A DNA stretch of 63,737 bases from NCBI GenBank assembly GCA_051294375.1, contig CM119271.1, forward strand, positions 15,258,770 through 15,322,506, in the 5' to 3' direction. Source of the DNA: Paraspadella gotoi (taxonomy: Eukaryota > Animalia > Chaetognatha). Shown one piece after another: positions 1-13,560 of the stretch (position 1 is its first letter; every line of letters starts with the position of its first letter). Made by a program: the position numbers and the translations under genes. A model generated the notes under the pieces. The model made no database searches, was not told the DNA's origin, and saw nothing but the letters and a program-made list of their open reading frames with translations.

Positions 1-67
1 AAAAGAAAAGGGAAAAAGTTGTTTTGAGTAAAAAGGAAATTTAAACGCAATTTGGAGAAAATGAAAG

Positions 68-200
68 AAAGGAAAGGAGAGGAAAGGACAGGAAAGGAAA
101 AGAAAGGAAAGGAAAGGAAAGGAAAGGAAAGGAAAGGAAAGGAAAGGAAGGGAAAGGAAAGGAAAGGAAGGGAAAGGAAAGGAAAGGAAAGGAAAGGAAA
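68..200. repeat. (GGAAA)n pentanucleotide microsatellite
   Basis: Tandem GGAAA units; source of the KERKG ORF. Confidence 0.95.
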
Positions 201-1134
201 GAAAGGGTGGAAAGAAAGGATTAAGGGAAAAGAGGGGTTGAAGAAAGGAGAGAGAAGAGGAGACAAAATTGGAGGTCGATCGGGGTTAAAGATGGCGGAC
301 TCTGACAAAAGGGAGGAAAAGAAAAGAAAAGAAAAGAAAAGAAAAAGAGAAAAAAGAAAAGAAACGAAGGAAAAATTAGAGATGGAAGAAGAGAAGTAGA
401 GAAAAAAGAGAGGTTCAGCGGCAAAAGATGAAGAGAAAAAGGTTAAGAGGAAGACAAAGTGAAGTTTAGGAGGGAAAGAGAAAAGGAAATAGGAAAAGAG
501 AGGAAAAGAAGCAAAAAAGAGAAGAGAAAAATAAGAAAAGAATATTAGATATGTTCAGTAGCAAAAGATGAGATAGACAAAGAGAGGTTCAGCATAGAAA
601 AGAAGAGAGATGGGATAGTAGAAAAGGATAGAAAATAAGAGAGATGGGATAGTAGAAAAGGATAGTGGTTAGAGAGAGATGATGAGGAAGAGAGAGATGA
701 GGAGTCGACGACAACATTCTGCCAAAAAGGAGCAAAACGACAAAAACAATCCAGGGGGAATTTCGCCAGGCGGAGGAGGAGGAGGAGGAGGAGGAGGAGG
801 AGGAGCAAGTGACAAGAATCTGCCAAAAAGGAGTGAAAACGCCAACCAAGAAAAAAAAAGAAAAGAGAAAAGAAAAAGAAAAAAAGAAAAGGTAGACCCG
901 TTTCTTTCATCCGGATTCCGGATGTAGTTGGAAATGGGATTATCTTGAAATTTTTTTTGTTTTTAGTTTTTCAGCCGATGTGGAATGAATTTAAGATTTT
1001 TTTTAAATTCCGATATTTCTTAATATTAATACTTATGGGAGTGGTGCTTTTATACGATTGAAATATTTTTTGAAACGATATACATACAACTTCATTGATT
1101 GGGAAGCCACCGAAGCCACGCACTCTGGGAGGGA

Positions 1135-1276
1135 ATAAACCAGGCTGTGAGAGAATCTTGATTGAAAGCTTGTAGGGTTATGTTATTATCATGCAAGAGG
1201 AATAGACGCCACAACCCATAATAGCCTGTCTAAAGTCAGGGGCAAGATAGCTTATTTGTTAAATGAATGGATAGTT
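1135..1276 (+). repeat. Interspersed repeat family B (core AAAGTCAGGGGCAAGATAG)
   Basis: The core and flanks recur at ~5465-5555 (-), ~32229-32350 (-), ~39120-39170 (+) and ~57590-57680 (+). Confidence 0.75.
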
Positions 1277-2228
1277 TTTATTGTATAATTTTTTTTAAAA
1301 CTTCATCTCGTATTAATTGAGATATCTTAACTAAATCGTTAACAGTCAGAGAAGAGGTATTCATAATATAACATAATAATATAATATTATTCATAACTGT
1401 TAGAAATGATTTTAAATTATACAAAGTCTCTTCGTGAATATCTGAATGATCGATCAAGTCAATTGATTTTATTCTCAACTTTTAATGATTTTATATTATC
1501 TTTATTCTCACTGGTCGAATTCTACTAATAGTAGTTAATGATTGAATTCTCAATAATTTTAAAAAAGATCTCTCTTCTCATTGATCCATTAAATTTAGTC
1601 TTTGTATAAAAGAAAGGGCAACTTTTATTGTTTTGAAGAGATTTCCCTGGGACCATAAGGTAATTGATTGATTTACTGAAATTATTAAATAGTGGAATTA
1701 GTATTAATAAATGATTATTTTTGTAGCTTTTGAGCTTTCACAGCTCTTCAATATATCTTCTAATTGCTCTTCCAATGGCTCTACTGATTGCTATTTCGAT
1801 TGCCCTTATAACTGTCAACTAATACTACTAATACTAATACTACTAATGGTGTTACTGAATTACAACTAACTTCAATGAATACTGTTAATTGAGTTACGGT
1901 TATTGATGAGTCAACAATAGAAAAATTAATATGAAGGATACTCATTGCTCGATCGTGTTCCAAAGTTCGTAAGAAAACGTGCAATCTCTAACAATAACGT
2001 TTTCCAACCAGAAGCTAATCGAGATTCCCGCTGTTTTTGTTGTTATTGTTGTTAATAATAATGTTAATGTTCATACATTATGATTAATCAGAGATCAATA
2101 TCTATCGTTTGGGAAAATCAAATTAGGAGAACGAAAATGTGTAATGTTAAGCTGATGATGATGATGATGAAGATGACATCGTGGTTGTGCCTTTGAGATT
2201 GTAGTCAGTCATTGCAAAAAGTTCAACC

Positions 2229-2420
2229 CGTGACTATGTGGCTCATCGAATAATACCGTCAGCTCATGACTGATGAGTACCCGGATCGATCCCCAACGCC
2301 ACATTTCCAGCTGAAACTCTTAAACCTTGGTTCAAGCCCATTATCCGTTCCAAGGATTCCGAAGGGGAACAAAAGTTACGAAGAGTCGTCGACTCACTTA
2401 AGGCTTGGTATCCACGGGAT
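2229..2420 (+). mobile_element. tRNA-derived SINE, diverged copy
   Basis: GTGGCTCATCGAATAATACCGTCAGCTCATGAC..GGATCGATCCCCAAC..GGTTCAAGCCCA..CCGTTCCA..AAGTTACG..CACTTA..TATCCAC is colinear with the 50676-50440 copy. Confidence 0.65.
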
Positions 2421-2750
2421 CAGACATGAAAACTGAGCAATAATAAAAAAAATTATACATAAAATGTGCTACAATTAAACATTGCCATCGGTTGCCAATT
2501 TAACCATTGGATGCCATTCGATGCCACTGAATGCAACTGGACGCCAAAAGCAACGATTCTTTATTGGTTTCGCTCGAATGATTCTCACTGATATGGCAAA
2601 CAATTGTCTGTTTCACTGAAATCACTTCTTGCTCTTTTCTCTCTCTCATGGATTGGTGAGAGGGGGGCTGGGAAAAGGGGGAGAGAGAGAGAGAGAGAGA
2701 CTCGACCGCGTTGGCTCGCGCGCGCGCTCGGCGTCGTCGTCTCGCTCTCC

Positions 2751-2809
<59 letters not shown>

Positions 2810-3244
2810 CGCTCGCGTGAGTCGACTTCGTCTTTCCTTCCAAAGTCACGTTCGTCCTGAAGTAAAAGTAAAAATATAAAAAAAAATATAAAAGAAAAAA
2901 AGTTTTTAAAAACAAATGAACAAAAAGATGCAAGATCTCAAAACGAGGCTAAATAAATAAATATATAAATAATAAATAAATAAATAAATAAATAAAATTA
3001 GTACAAAATCAATTCAGAAATAATTTAAAAAAATTCTAAAAATGCAACCCAAATTTGTTTTCGTTCAAATTTAAAAAAATTCTCAAAAAAAGCGATTTTC
3101 CTCTTATCTTTTTTTTCCTTCGCGACTTGAATTTTTTTTCAGCCGCCAACGCCTCGTTTTTCGTCTCTGTTGTCATCAGCGTCGCTTTTATTGTCCCTGT
3201 ATTTTTTTCATCATCGTCTCCCTCTCTCTATCTATTTTTCTCTT

Positions 3245-3285
<41 letters not shown>

Positions 3286-4357
3286 AATTCCCTTTCCCGG
3301 ATTTTATGGGATCAAAAAAAAGGGTGACTCGAAACGACAGTAAGAGTTTTTGTCCTCATGGAATCTTGCATTGCATTGTTATATTTTCTGCAGATTTGAA
3401 GCCTCGCAATGGGTCGCAGTCTTTAAGCTACTTTGACACCAGGTCTTTACTCTTTTCGGTCTCAAGTCCTTTAAGCCAGGTCTTTACTTTTTTAGGTATC
3501 AATAACTTTATTTGGCCAGGTCTTTTAGGTCTCTGTTACTTTTAGGCAAATTTTTTTTTAATTCTCAAGTCTTTTTTTTTAAACCTTGAAATGAACTTTA
3601 AGGTCTTGGCTGGAATTCTAAATAGTTTATAACGGAATAAAAGTTTAAAGATACCGGGTTCAAAGCTAATCAAAGTTTAAAGCTACCGGGTTCAAAGCTA
3701 ATCACCGAAACATAGAATTACTTTTTGATCCAGAGTTCTTCACTTGTAAATACGTAAGCATGATTTGAATTCGAATGGTCCATAAGCCTAAAGCTAGATC
3801 CCAAGTGTCTGAAGTAATGAATAACGGGAAAAATCACCTGGACCCACTGGCCAGAACAAAGTTGGGGGGGGGTCATCCACACCGACAGAAGGCACTGCTA
3901 CCTTTCTCTCTTTACAATTACTTAAAACTAATTTTCAGTTTAGGAATTTGAAAAAAATTATAAAATAATAAAATAAAGAAAACTAAACGACGATGACGAA
4001 GGACAACGGTTACAACAAAGACAAACACAACTAGAACTTCGTCTACAATAACAACAACAACAAAAACGACGACGACAATCGCAAAGACGACGACGACGAC
4101 GACGGCCGCTGGGAAATCACAACTCTTTTCTTTCTTTCAAAACGAAAATCCCATCTCGAAAAAGTCTGTATTACAGTAATACAATTCTAGAAAAAATAAA
4201 AAAATATCACCACGTCGTGGAGACCAAATGCCTCATTGCCCCAATGCCCCAATGCAGCAATGCCGAAACCGCGTGTCTTCCAATTGGATTCGAAAAAACA
4301 AATGCTGCGTTTTGTGTCTGGGCGATTTGTTTTTTCCGCACCTCTCTCTCGCTCTCT

Positions 4358-4416
<59 letters not shown>

Positions 4417-7400
4417 ACGCGTATCCATCTCAAATGTCTGTCACGTATCAGCAACTCGATTTTTTTCTTCTTTCGACGTCGAATTTCATTCGAACCGAAA
4501 AAAGAAGAAAAAAAATAATTTTGCGTCGACAATGAACTCGAGCGGAAGTTGGCCACGCCCATTTTCTGCCTCCCCCCCTTTCCGCCCCAAACCTTTGGTC
4601 ACGTGAAGGCTCGTTTCTCACGGCTCACGAATCGTGACAAACTGCGGTTTCACCGACTCGGGGTATAACTTATACTTTTAACAGTTCACGAAGCTCACGA
4701 ACGAAAGGGGTGCTGTGATTTCACTAGGGTTCGTGACCAAGCTGCTTCCTCACAGTTTAAACGGCTCTTGGAGCAAGGGATACAGCTCTGTGACGGAACA
4801 GTTCACCGTTTATTGGCGAAGAATTCACATGGATTAGAGAATAGTCAAAGTTTACAGTGAACCTCTTCTTAAATCTAGAAACTCTAGAAAATGAATATAT
4901 TTTGTATTTTGTGTTAAATTATCAGCTCTACTTATATTTTGTTATAAATATAAACTTTTTTTCAACTTACTCCTTTCTCAACAAGACAAGAAGAGAAAGA
5001 ATGATAAAAAATCCCTAAAAAAATCCCTCAAAAAAGCGGAAAAAAAAGCAGAAAACGAGAAAAGATGAATTCGCATCGAAATTCCCAAATTTTCGCGAAG
5101 AAGTTTTCGTCGTCGTCGTCGTCATCGTCGTCGTCTGTTTTGTCATTTCGCCTTATTCCCCCTTTTTTGTTTGGGTGTTATCGCTACCGACGTTGTCGTC
5201 GTCGTTGTTGTTGTTACCGCCAGGCGTCAACTTTGTTATCGTCGTCGTCGTCGTCGTCGTCGTCGTCTCAGATGTTATGATCGCGTGATTGTTTGTCAAA
5301 GGATCCAGCGGTTGCCACAAGTTAGTATAAGTTATATATACTATAAGTTATTTACGTTAAAAGCGCTCCATTTTAGCTAAAATTCAATAATTAAGTATAA
5401 GTTTTTATGTTTAGAGTTGAAGGGTTAGAGATAAAGATTATGAAATTGGTACAACCAATATAAAAATTATCCATTCATTTAATAAATAAGCTATCTTGCC
5501 CCTGACTTTGGACAGGCTTTGGTGGTTTAAGGCCTCCATCACTCTTACAAGATAATGACATTATGACATTATGACATTATGTTAGGGGTTAGAGATTATT
5601 AGGGATCCAAGATTTAGGTGAGTAATTGATGAATGATTAGGGTTAAAATTAAATTCAGAGAGGAAGAACAGATATGGGACGCTTTCGAGAATTAGTGCCA
5701 AAAGCATCAAAACTTAATTCGTATTTTTTTTTCAAAGGGCGAATTCGAGAGAAAGATTGAGTGGGAGTCGACGAGATAGAGTGAGAGACAATCGGAGAAA
5801 CGACTTCGACCATCGTGACTGAAGGAAGATCGAAGGTGAGAAATGTGAAGCAAAGGGAGAGGGAGTGAAGTTGTGAGACGATCACTGAGAGTCAGATAAA
5901 GTTGAAAGTTTAGGGATGTATAACAGAAATAAAATGTGAATTTGACGGTTATAAACTAAATTCTAACTTTATTAAGTTATGGCTTTAGCCTATATTTTTC
6001 CAAAGACTTACACCACAAATATAGATTAAGATTAAGATTAAGATAGATTAAGAAAAACCTGGAGAAGACGATCTTTTTAGTTATTTAGTTTATTTGGGTT
6101 TTTTAGTTTAGTAATCAGTTAATTAGTTTATTAGTTTATAAGTTAATCAGTTAATTAGGTTTATCAAGTTTGTCAGTTGGTTTCGTTAGTTAATTTCGAT
6201 GACATAAAAGTCAAATATATTTCCGTCGTTTTTGACGTCACCGTCTTTATGATCAATTTGGTTGTTGTCGTTAAGTTATCGTCTTCATCGTCGTCTTCGT
6301 CGTCGTCTTTATCGTCGTTGTTATCGTCGTCTTTTCGTCGGTCATGTCATCTTTATCGTCGTCGTCATCCTTATTCTCTTTATTTATCCATTTTTTTCCT
6401 TTCAATTTCTTCTTTTTTTCTTTTTTTCTTTTTACTTTTTACTTGACTTTTTTCTTTTTTTCCTTTTTTTCTTTTTTCTCCTCCGATATATTTTTTTTTG
6501 ATGTCGTTATTTTTGTTGTTGTTATCATTTCGCTGCTATCTTGTTTTTCGATGTCATAGTTTTCGTTATTATCGCTGCTTGGGGGAGAGGGAGAAAAGCC
6601 GATGGCTTAGTGTGGGGGGGCGGAAGAAATAGCAAAGCTAAAGAGGCTCTATCGTAATAGCTTACGCTCTGAGCATTTTCTTTTTTTTTTCTTTCCTTTC
6701 TTTTTTCTTTTCTTTTCTTTTCTTCTTTCTTTCTTTCTTTCTTTCTCAGTCAGTAAGTTTTTGCCCATATTTTTTAAAATTTCATCATCCTAAGTCCTTT
6801 TTTTAAATCAACATCTGTTGCCATCTGTTGACTTCTGTTGTCATCGGTTGCCATCTGATGGCGCCAATCTTTCTTTCGTCATCTGTTGTCTTTTACCATC
6901 TTTTAGTCTTTTAGCCAGTTCCATCCTGTTTGGTTTCCATCTCTTAATTTCCAAATAAGTCATTTTTTAGCTTTAGATATAATTGTATTAATGTATTTGT
7001 TTAATATTGTTTTTTATCAATTTAAAGTTCCCTTGTTCCTTTTTAGAAAATTAAAAGAAAGGATTTTTGAAATCAGTTCAACGAAAATCATTTAAAAACA
7101 ATCTGCGTGACTACGTAGTTTCATTAAAAAATATATTTTTGGTTTTTATTTCTTAATTTTACAAAAAATTACAAATTTGCTTAGTTTTCAAAATCGAAAA
7201 AAAATTTTTTGCCACCAAATTTCATCTGCCCTAAGAAGAAATAATAAGATCATTAACTTATAAACTCGTTTGACTGCCAGCCTCGTACCGCTGGCCATTT
7301 GCTCGCTCATTAACCCCGAGTCTCCCGCTTAAAAAGGGATGCCCGCCTTTCAACTTGCTAGAACGGCGCCCTTGGCCCGCCTCTTAATTCACCCGCGCGC

Positions 7401-9217
7401 TCCTAAAAATGCCCCCTACCGGGCACGCCCCTAAATTTCATTCTCTTCCGCCTTTAGACTCGACGAGTCAAATTCTTCTTAAAAAATTCGGGCTCCTCCC
7501 TCTGAAGAGTTGCGAAGGCGTCTCTCTCTCTCTCTCTCTTACAAAAGGGAGAAGGAAAAAAATTTCATTAGCGTTGGATCAAATTTCTTATGGAGATTTT
7601 TTTTAGTCTTCTTCGTCGTCAGCGACTGAGAGAGAGAGAGAGAGAGACCGAGGTAAAGGAAAAGAAATTAGAAAATAATAGAGAACACTCTTTTAAGAAA
7701 TCCGACCAACTAAAATAGGAAATATATTTAATTAGTAGAACATACAATTACGAGCATTGTATACTATTCAGTATAATTTAAGGCATGACTTATGGCATAA
7801 ACATACCTTGTGGTTCGGAACCATTAAGTACCGGGTTCCATTCCGTGAGAAGCGACAGGTTGCCAAGAAAGTTACCTATAGTCTTTAGTCCCTAGAGTTG
7901 AGAATCAAGGAAAATTTTGAAAAAAAAAAATTATTAATAACAAAAACGATATTAACAAAATTGAATACAAAAACAACAATAACAGCGTAACAAGACTGTG
8001 GAAGATTCCTTGGGGGGTTTCTCAGTTTCAGATGAGAACATTGTTTGAGCAGTGCTTAATCTCGACTTAATATTAACTCAATCCATATATCAAAAGATAA
8101 AAATAGAATAATAACTTTATTAAGTATTCAATATCCAATAATCATTGAAAAACGTGCATCAGAATGACAGAGAACCAAAATATAGCAGCAGCAGTAGAGC
8201 CGATACGCAGCAACAGTAGCAGTAGAACCGAGATGCAGCAACAGACCCGAGACGCAGCAACAGCTCAAAGCTACATAAAAGCTTAAAATTAATTACCACA
8301 TTCAAATAATTTCACAAATATCATTTAATACCTGATGGTCTCAGAGGAATCTCCCAAAAACTAAGAATTTACTTTTCTTTTATATACAAGGACAACATTA
8401 TAACAACCAATGAGAGAATAGTTCACATTTTGAGAATAAAATCAAAGCATCTACTAGTTATTATTAACCATTGAGAGACCAGATATTCAAATTCAATGTA
8501 TAAAATTTAACCAATTAGAGGCTTTAAACAGAACTATTGGAGTCATTCAATTAAACCTTAAACTCAGATATTTGAACCATTAAAAAATAAAAGGCCAGGG
8601 CTCAATTCAGATAAAAATCATTATAAACTCTTTCACAAAGACTAACGCTTTATTATTCTTCAGAAAGTATTAAACGATATGACCTTACGTATCAACTTAT
8701 CTCAAATAAATGACGAATTTTTTACAAAAGCAGCGACACCAGGGCAATGGGCTTCTCAAGACACCTTCACAATCTTATCACTCTACCGAAAAAAATATCT
8801 GCCCATCTTATCTCGTCTATCACCTCTTAACAACAAAGTCTATCACTACTAAGATTATCACCAAGCAACACTACAATATGCAAATGAAAATTAATTAATT
8901 AATTAATCGATTGGATCATTAGTTATTATTAAATAATTAATTAATTAATCGATTGGATCATTAGTTATTATTAATTAATTAAATAATTAATTAATTAATT
9001 AATCGATTGGATCGTTAGTTATTATTTATTAATTGTTAAAAGTTAATTAAAAAGTGACGGATTTCAAAGCGTCAAATTGAGTCACAGAGGGACAACTTGA
9101 TTCTTATGACATAAAACGACGTGAGAGCGTCGACGTGGCAGAGTCGCCGTGACAGAGTTTCCGTGATACGACGTGACAGCGTAGACACTAGACAGTTACA
9201 ACGTTTCGACGTTATTA

Positions 9218-9264
<47 letters not shown>

Positions 9265-9348
9265 CTGTTTGCTCATAAAATCCGGCGTCATTAGAGAAAC
9301 TTATTCCTCGAGGAAATGACGGCGAAGGTCGCGAGTTCGAATCTGGGG

Positions 9349-9412
<64 letters not shown>

Positions 9413-9716
9413 GAAGTGGAAAAAGCCAACGATGGCGATCTTTGTATGACAGGAGGAAAAATCCTGGAATAAATCGTGAGACGATGATGACGACGAAGAC
9501 GACGACGACGACGGTGATGATGATGACGACGACGACAACGACGACGACGGCGATGATGAAGACGACGACAACAACAACAACACCTTCAAGGAAACAGCGT
9601 CTGATGAATGACGTCGAAAGAAAACTGTATATCCCAAGTTGACCTCATTAATATTCACCACAGAATTCAATTACGGTTCTCTCTCTCTCTCTTCTCTCTC
9701 TGTTTCTTTCTCTCCT

Positions 9717-9754
<38 letters not shown>

Positions 9755-9863
9755 CTCCCCCTTCTTCTCTCTCTCTCTCCTTTCTCTCTTCTCTCTCTCT
9801 ATTTCTCTCTCTCTGTTTCTCTCCCCCTCTCTCTCTCCTCCCCCTCTTCTCTCTTCTTCCTCT

Positions 9864-9911
<48 letters not shown>

Positions 9912-10813
9912 GTTTCTTCCCCCCCTCTTCTCTCTCTCTCCTCTCTCTCTCTTCTCCTCTGTTCTCTCCCCCCCTCTCATTCTCTTCTCTCTCTTCTCTC
10001 TCCCTCTTCTCTTCTCTCTCTCTATTTCTCTCTCTCTGTTCTCTCCCCCTTCTCTCCCTCCCCCTCCTTCCTCTTCTCTCTTTCTTCTCTCCTCTCTCTC
10101 TCACCCTTCTCTCCTCTCGGTTCTCGTCTCTTCCTTCTCCTCCTTCCTCTGCTTGCTTATCTCCCTCCCTCCTTTCTTCTCTCTCTCATCTCTCCTCCAT
10201 TTCGTCGTCATACCCATTTCTCCTCCGCATGCTGGTTCCGCTCTCTTTCCTTCTTCCTCTTTTTCTCTATAACTTTTCTACCTATTAACAATCGTCCGCG
10301 GTCCCTTTCGAAGTTTCGCCACTACTGTCACTGTTTGCCACTCTCTGCCATTTTCTGCCACCAGACATTCCTCTGCCATCAAGCTGTCACTCTCTGCGCA
10401 CTGTCAACCACATTTGACATTCTTTGCCATTCTTTGCCACTCAATGCCGCTTTCTGCCATTCTTTGCTACTCTCTGCCACTCTCATCCATCCTTTGCCAT
10501 CTCCTGATATCATCTGCTATCTGCTGTTCTTGCTACTTTCTGCACCCAATCCAATATTTCTGCGTTCAACCTCGTTTTCGATGCCAGCTAATGGCGTCCT
10601 TCCTTGCAATTACAGCCGCCACCTGGTCTATATTCGTTTTTTGATCGGATACACAACCATCTTTATATGTCCTTTTCTTTTCTTTTCTTATCTATTATCT
10701 CATCTTTATTTCTGCCCGTCTGTCTGTCTGTATGTGTTTTGTCTGTCTGTGTCTGTGTGTCTGTCTGTCTGTCTCTCTGTCTGTCTGTATGTATGTTTCT
10801 TTGGCTTTCTGTA

Positions 10814-11687
10814 CATGGTGACAATTTTACAAGCGCCGGTAAAAAAAAACGCTGTCAATTTGCAAACCAGTGTTAGTTCATTGATTTTAAAAATTAGTTG
10901 AGTAGAATGTTCAAATTTTATATTGATGCAGTTAAGATATGCCTTGACAATGAGTGGAGAAAGTTGGCTTGTAAAATCGGGTTTCATTTTCCAACTCACT
11001 TTTTTAGATTCAAATTTTTTTTCTCTTACTTTCAGTAAGTTTTCTGAAGGAAATTTGAAAAATAAAATAATAGTAATATTATTATCTTCTGAAAGCCCTT
11101 TTCAAATCTAAAGAGAATGACATACTTAAAAATATTGTAGTATAAAATTATAACTGGCCCAGCTTTAATTTAATTAGGATACTCAAAAACAAGACATCTT
11201 TCCAAAAGGCGATAAATTTAAGATTTTTATCAAATTGTGATTGGCTATTTTAAATCTATTTTTTTCAGGATTTTTCATGGTATAAATTATAAATTATAAA
11301 TAATAATATTTTATGTTATAATAATTTAAACAGGTCATATATTTTTAAAAAAGATTTCAAATTTTAGATAATTAACCTTTGACTCTCTCATTTTTTTAAG
11401 GGCTTTCTGAGGATATTAATATTGTTAATATCTTAATAAATACTTTTTTAAAAAAAATGCTAAAACTTGAAAAAAAAAGAATTTAAAAATATGGAAAATG
11501 AAACCCGATTTTACAAGCCAACTTTCTCCACTCATTGCCAAGGCATATCTTAACTGATCAATATAAAATTTGAACACATAAATGACTTTAATATTTTCTA
11601 CTCAACTAATTTTTAAAATCAATGAAATAACCACTGGTTTGCAAATGACAGCGTTTTTTTACCGGCGCTTGTAAAATTGTCACCATG
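10814..11687. mobile_element. Non-autonomous DNA transposon (MITE/foldback type), ~874 bp, ~300 bp imperfect terminal inverted repeats, TA flanks
   Basis: Left end TA|CATGGTGACAATTTTACAAGCGCCGGTAAAA is the reverse complement of right end TTTTACCGGCGCTTGTAAAATTGTCACCATG|TA. Inverted similarity continues through TGAGTGGAGAAAGTTGGCTTGTAAAATCGGGTTTCATTTTCCA to about 11120/11385. No ORF. Confidence 0.88.
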
Positions 11688-11720
11688 TACGTCTATCTTC
11701 GTCTGTATGCAATCCTTAAA

Positions 11721-11774
<54 letters not shown>

Positions 11775-11869
11775 TCTCCCCCCCGTCTCTTTCTCAATTC
11801 CCCTCGTCTCTCGACCTCCTTCGCGCAGCCGAGACGAGATTGAACGAGCTGAGCGCGAGTTGGGGTCAA

Positions 11870-12010
11870 CTGAGCAGTGAGGGTGAGCAAGAACTGAGCA
11901 GTGAGCGTTAGCAGTGAGGGTGAGCAAGGACTGAGCAGTGAAGGTGAGCAGTAAGGGTGAGCAAGGACTGAGCAGTGAGGTTGAGCAGTGAGGGTGAGCA
12001 AGGACTGAGA
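11870..12010 (+). repeat. Minisatellite, ~24 bp unit
   Basis: Repeats of CTGAGCAGTGAGGGTGAGCAAGGA. Confidence 0.75.
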
Positions 12011-12637
12011 TGTGAGTGAGGGGTATGTCAAGGATGATTGAAGTTACGGGGTTAGAAGAGATGGACTGACGTGATTGGAAGTGATTGAGAGGTTTAGTTA
12101 TGATGAAGTGATGGGGTTAAAAGTGAAGATTTGATGGGGCTAGAAGTGATGGGATTAAAAGTGAAGATTTGATGGGGTCAGAAGTAATGAAGTGATTGGG
12201 TTAGAGGTGATGAAGTGCGGTTATGAGGGCGATGAAAGTTAGATATCGATGGGTCAGCTCCGTAGATGTTGAAATTATATATATATATATTGTATATATA
12301 ACTTAATTATAATTGAAAATAGCAACGCGAAATATGAGAAAATAAGAAAACAAATCTGATCCAGTTGAGGCGAAATTCTCTCTTCTTTTCTTTTCTTTAT
12401 TTTTTCTTTTTTTTTCTTTTCTTTATTTTTTCCTTTTTTTTTCTTTCTTTCTCTCTCATCCCTTCAGCCCCGAATTTGATCCGTCAAAGGGAAACCATAA
12501 CCCTAAATGGCATTTTTGTTTTTACGCCTTTGCCATAACCCCTAAAATGGCATTTTTTCTCAACGCCTACGCCATAATCATTAAATGGCATTTTCTTTTG
12601 GTCGGAATCATGACGCCCGAGACATATTTGGTTCATG

Positions 12638-13138
12638 CACTCTGCAATCTGCCATCGGTAATCATCAACCTGCCATCTAGAGCCCTCTGCAATCTGCCAT
12701 CAAGTAATCATCAACCGCTGCCATCTAACACCTCTGCAATCTGCCAATCGTATCATCAACCTGCATCATCCTCTGCAATCTGCCATCGTAATCATCAATC
12801 ATGCCATCTACTGCGTGCAATCTGCCATTCGTAATCATCAACCTGCCATCTAACCCTCTGCAAATCTGCCATCAGTAATCATCAACAACCAGCTGCCATC
12901 TAACCCTCTGCAATCTTGCTCGAGTAATCTCACCTGCGCATCTACCCTCTGCAATCTGCCATCGGGTAATCCACCAACCCTCCATCTACCCTCTGGCAAT
13001 CTTGCATCGGTAAATCATCAAACTATGCCATCTAGCCCTACTGCAATCTGCATCGGTAATCATTTCAAGCTCTGCCATGCTAACGCCTCTGCAAATCTGC
13101 CATCGGTCAATCATCACCCCTGCCATCTACGCCTCTGA
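12638..13138 (+). repeat. Minisatellite, ~43 bp unit, about 11 copies
   Basis: Consensus CTCTGCAATCTGCCATCGGTAATCATCAACCTGCCATCTAACC repeated with many indels. Confidence 0.85.
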
Positions 13139-13223
13139 ATATATGGTCATATTACAATCTGCTGCGAATTGCCTAAATCTGCCAAATCCTCAATGAAACT
13201 ATATAAGTCACTTTTCGATCGAT

Positions 13224-13560
13224 GTCGGTCGTCGGTCGTTCCGTCGGTCGGTCCGTCGGTCCGGTCGGTCGGTCGGTCGGGTCCGTCGGTCGTCCCGTCG
13301 GTCGTCCGTCGGTCGGTCGGTCCGTCCCGTCGGCTCGTCGGGTCGTCGGTGGTCCGTCGGGTCGGTCCGGTTCCGAGTCGTCGTCGGTCGGTTGAGGATC
13401 GGGTCCGTCGTCGGGTCCGTCGTCCGTCCGTCGGTCGGTCGCGTCCGTCCGTTCGGTCGGTCGGTCCGTCCGTCGGTCCGTCGGTTGGTCCGTCCGTCGG
13501 TCGCGTCGGTCTCGTCCGTCGGTCGTCGCGGTCGTATCGGTCGGTCGGTCCAGCTCGGTC
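13224..13560. repeat. Degenerate (GGTC)n microsatellite; a similar tract lies at 60306-60700
   Basis: GGTC/CGTC units with frequent indels. This tract produces the spurious R/S/V/G-rich ORFs. Confidence 0.85.

Noticed and set aside
9608-10901. Long ORFs (226 and 420 aa) and the many other SL/ER/RE-rich ORFs
   Set aside because: Translations of (CT)n/(AG)n and other simple repeats or N-runs; no domain content.
12638-13138. Regular repeat array resembling CRISPR
   Set aside because: Units are head-to-tail with no unique spacers, there are no cas genes, and the context is eukaryotic. It is a minisatellite.
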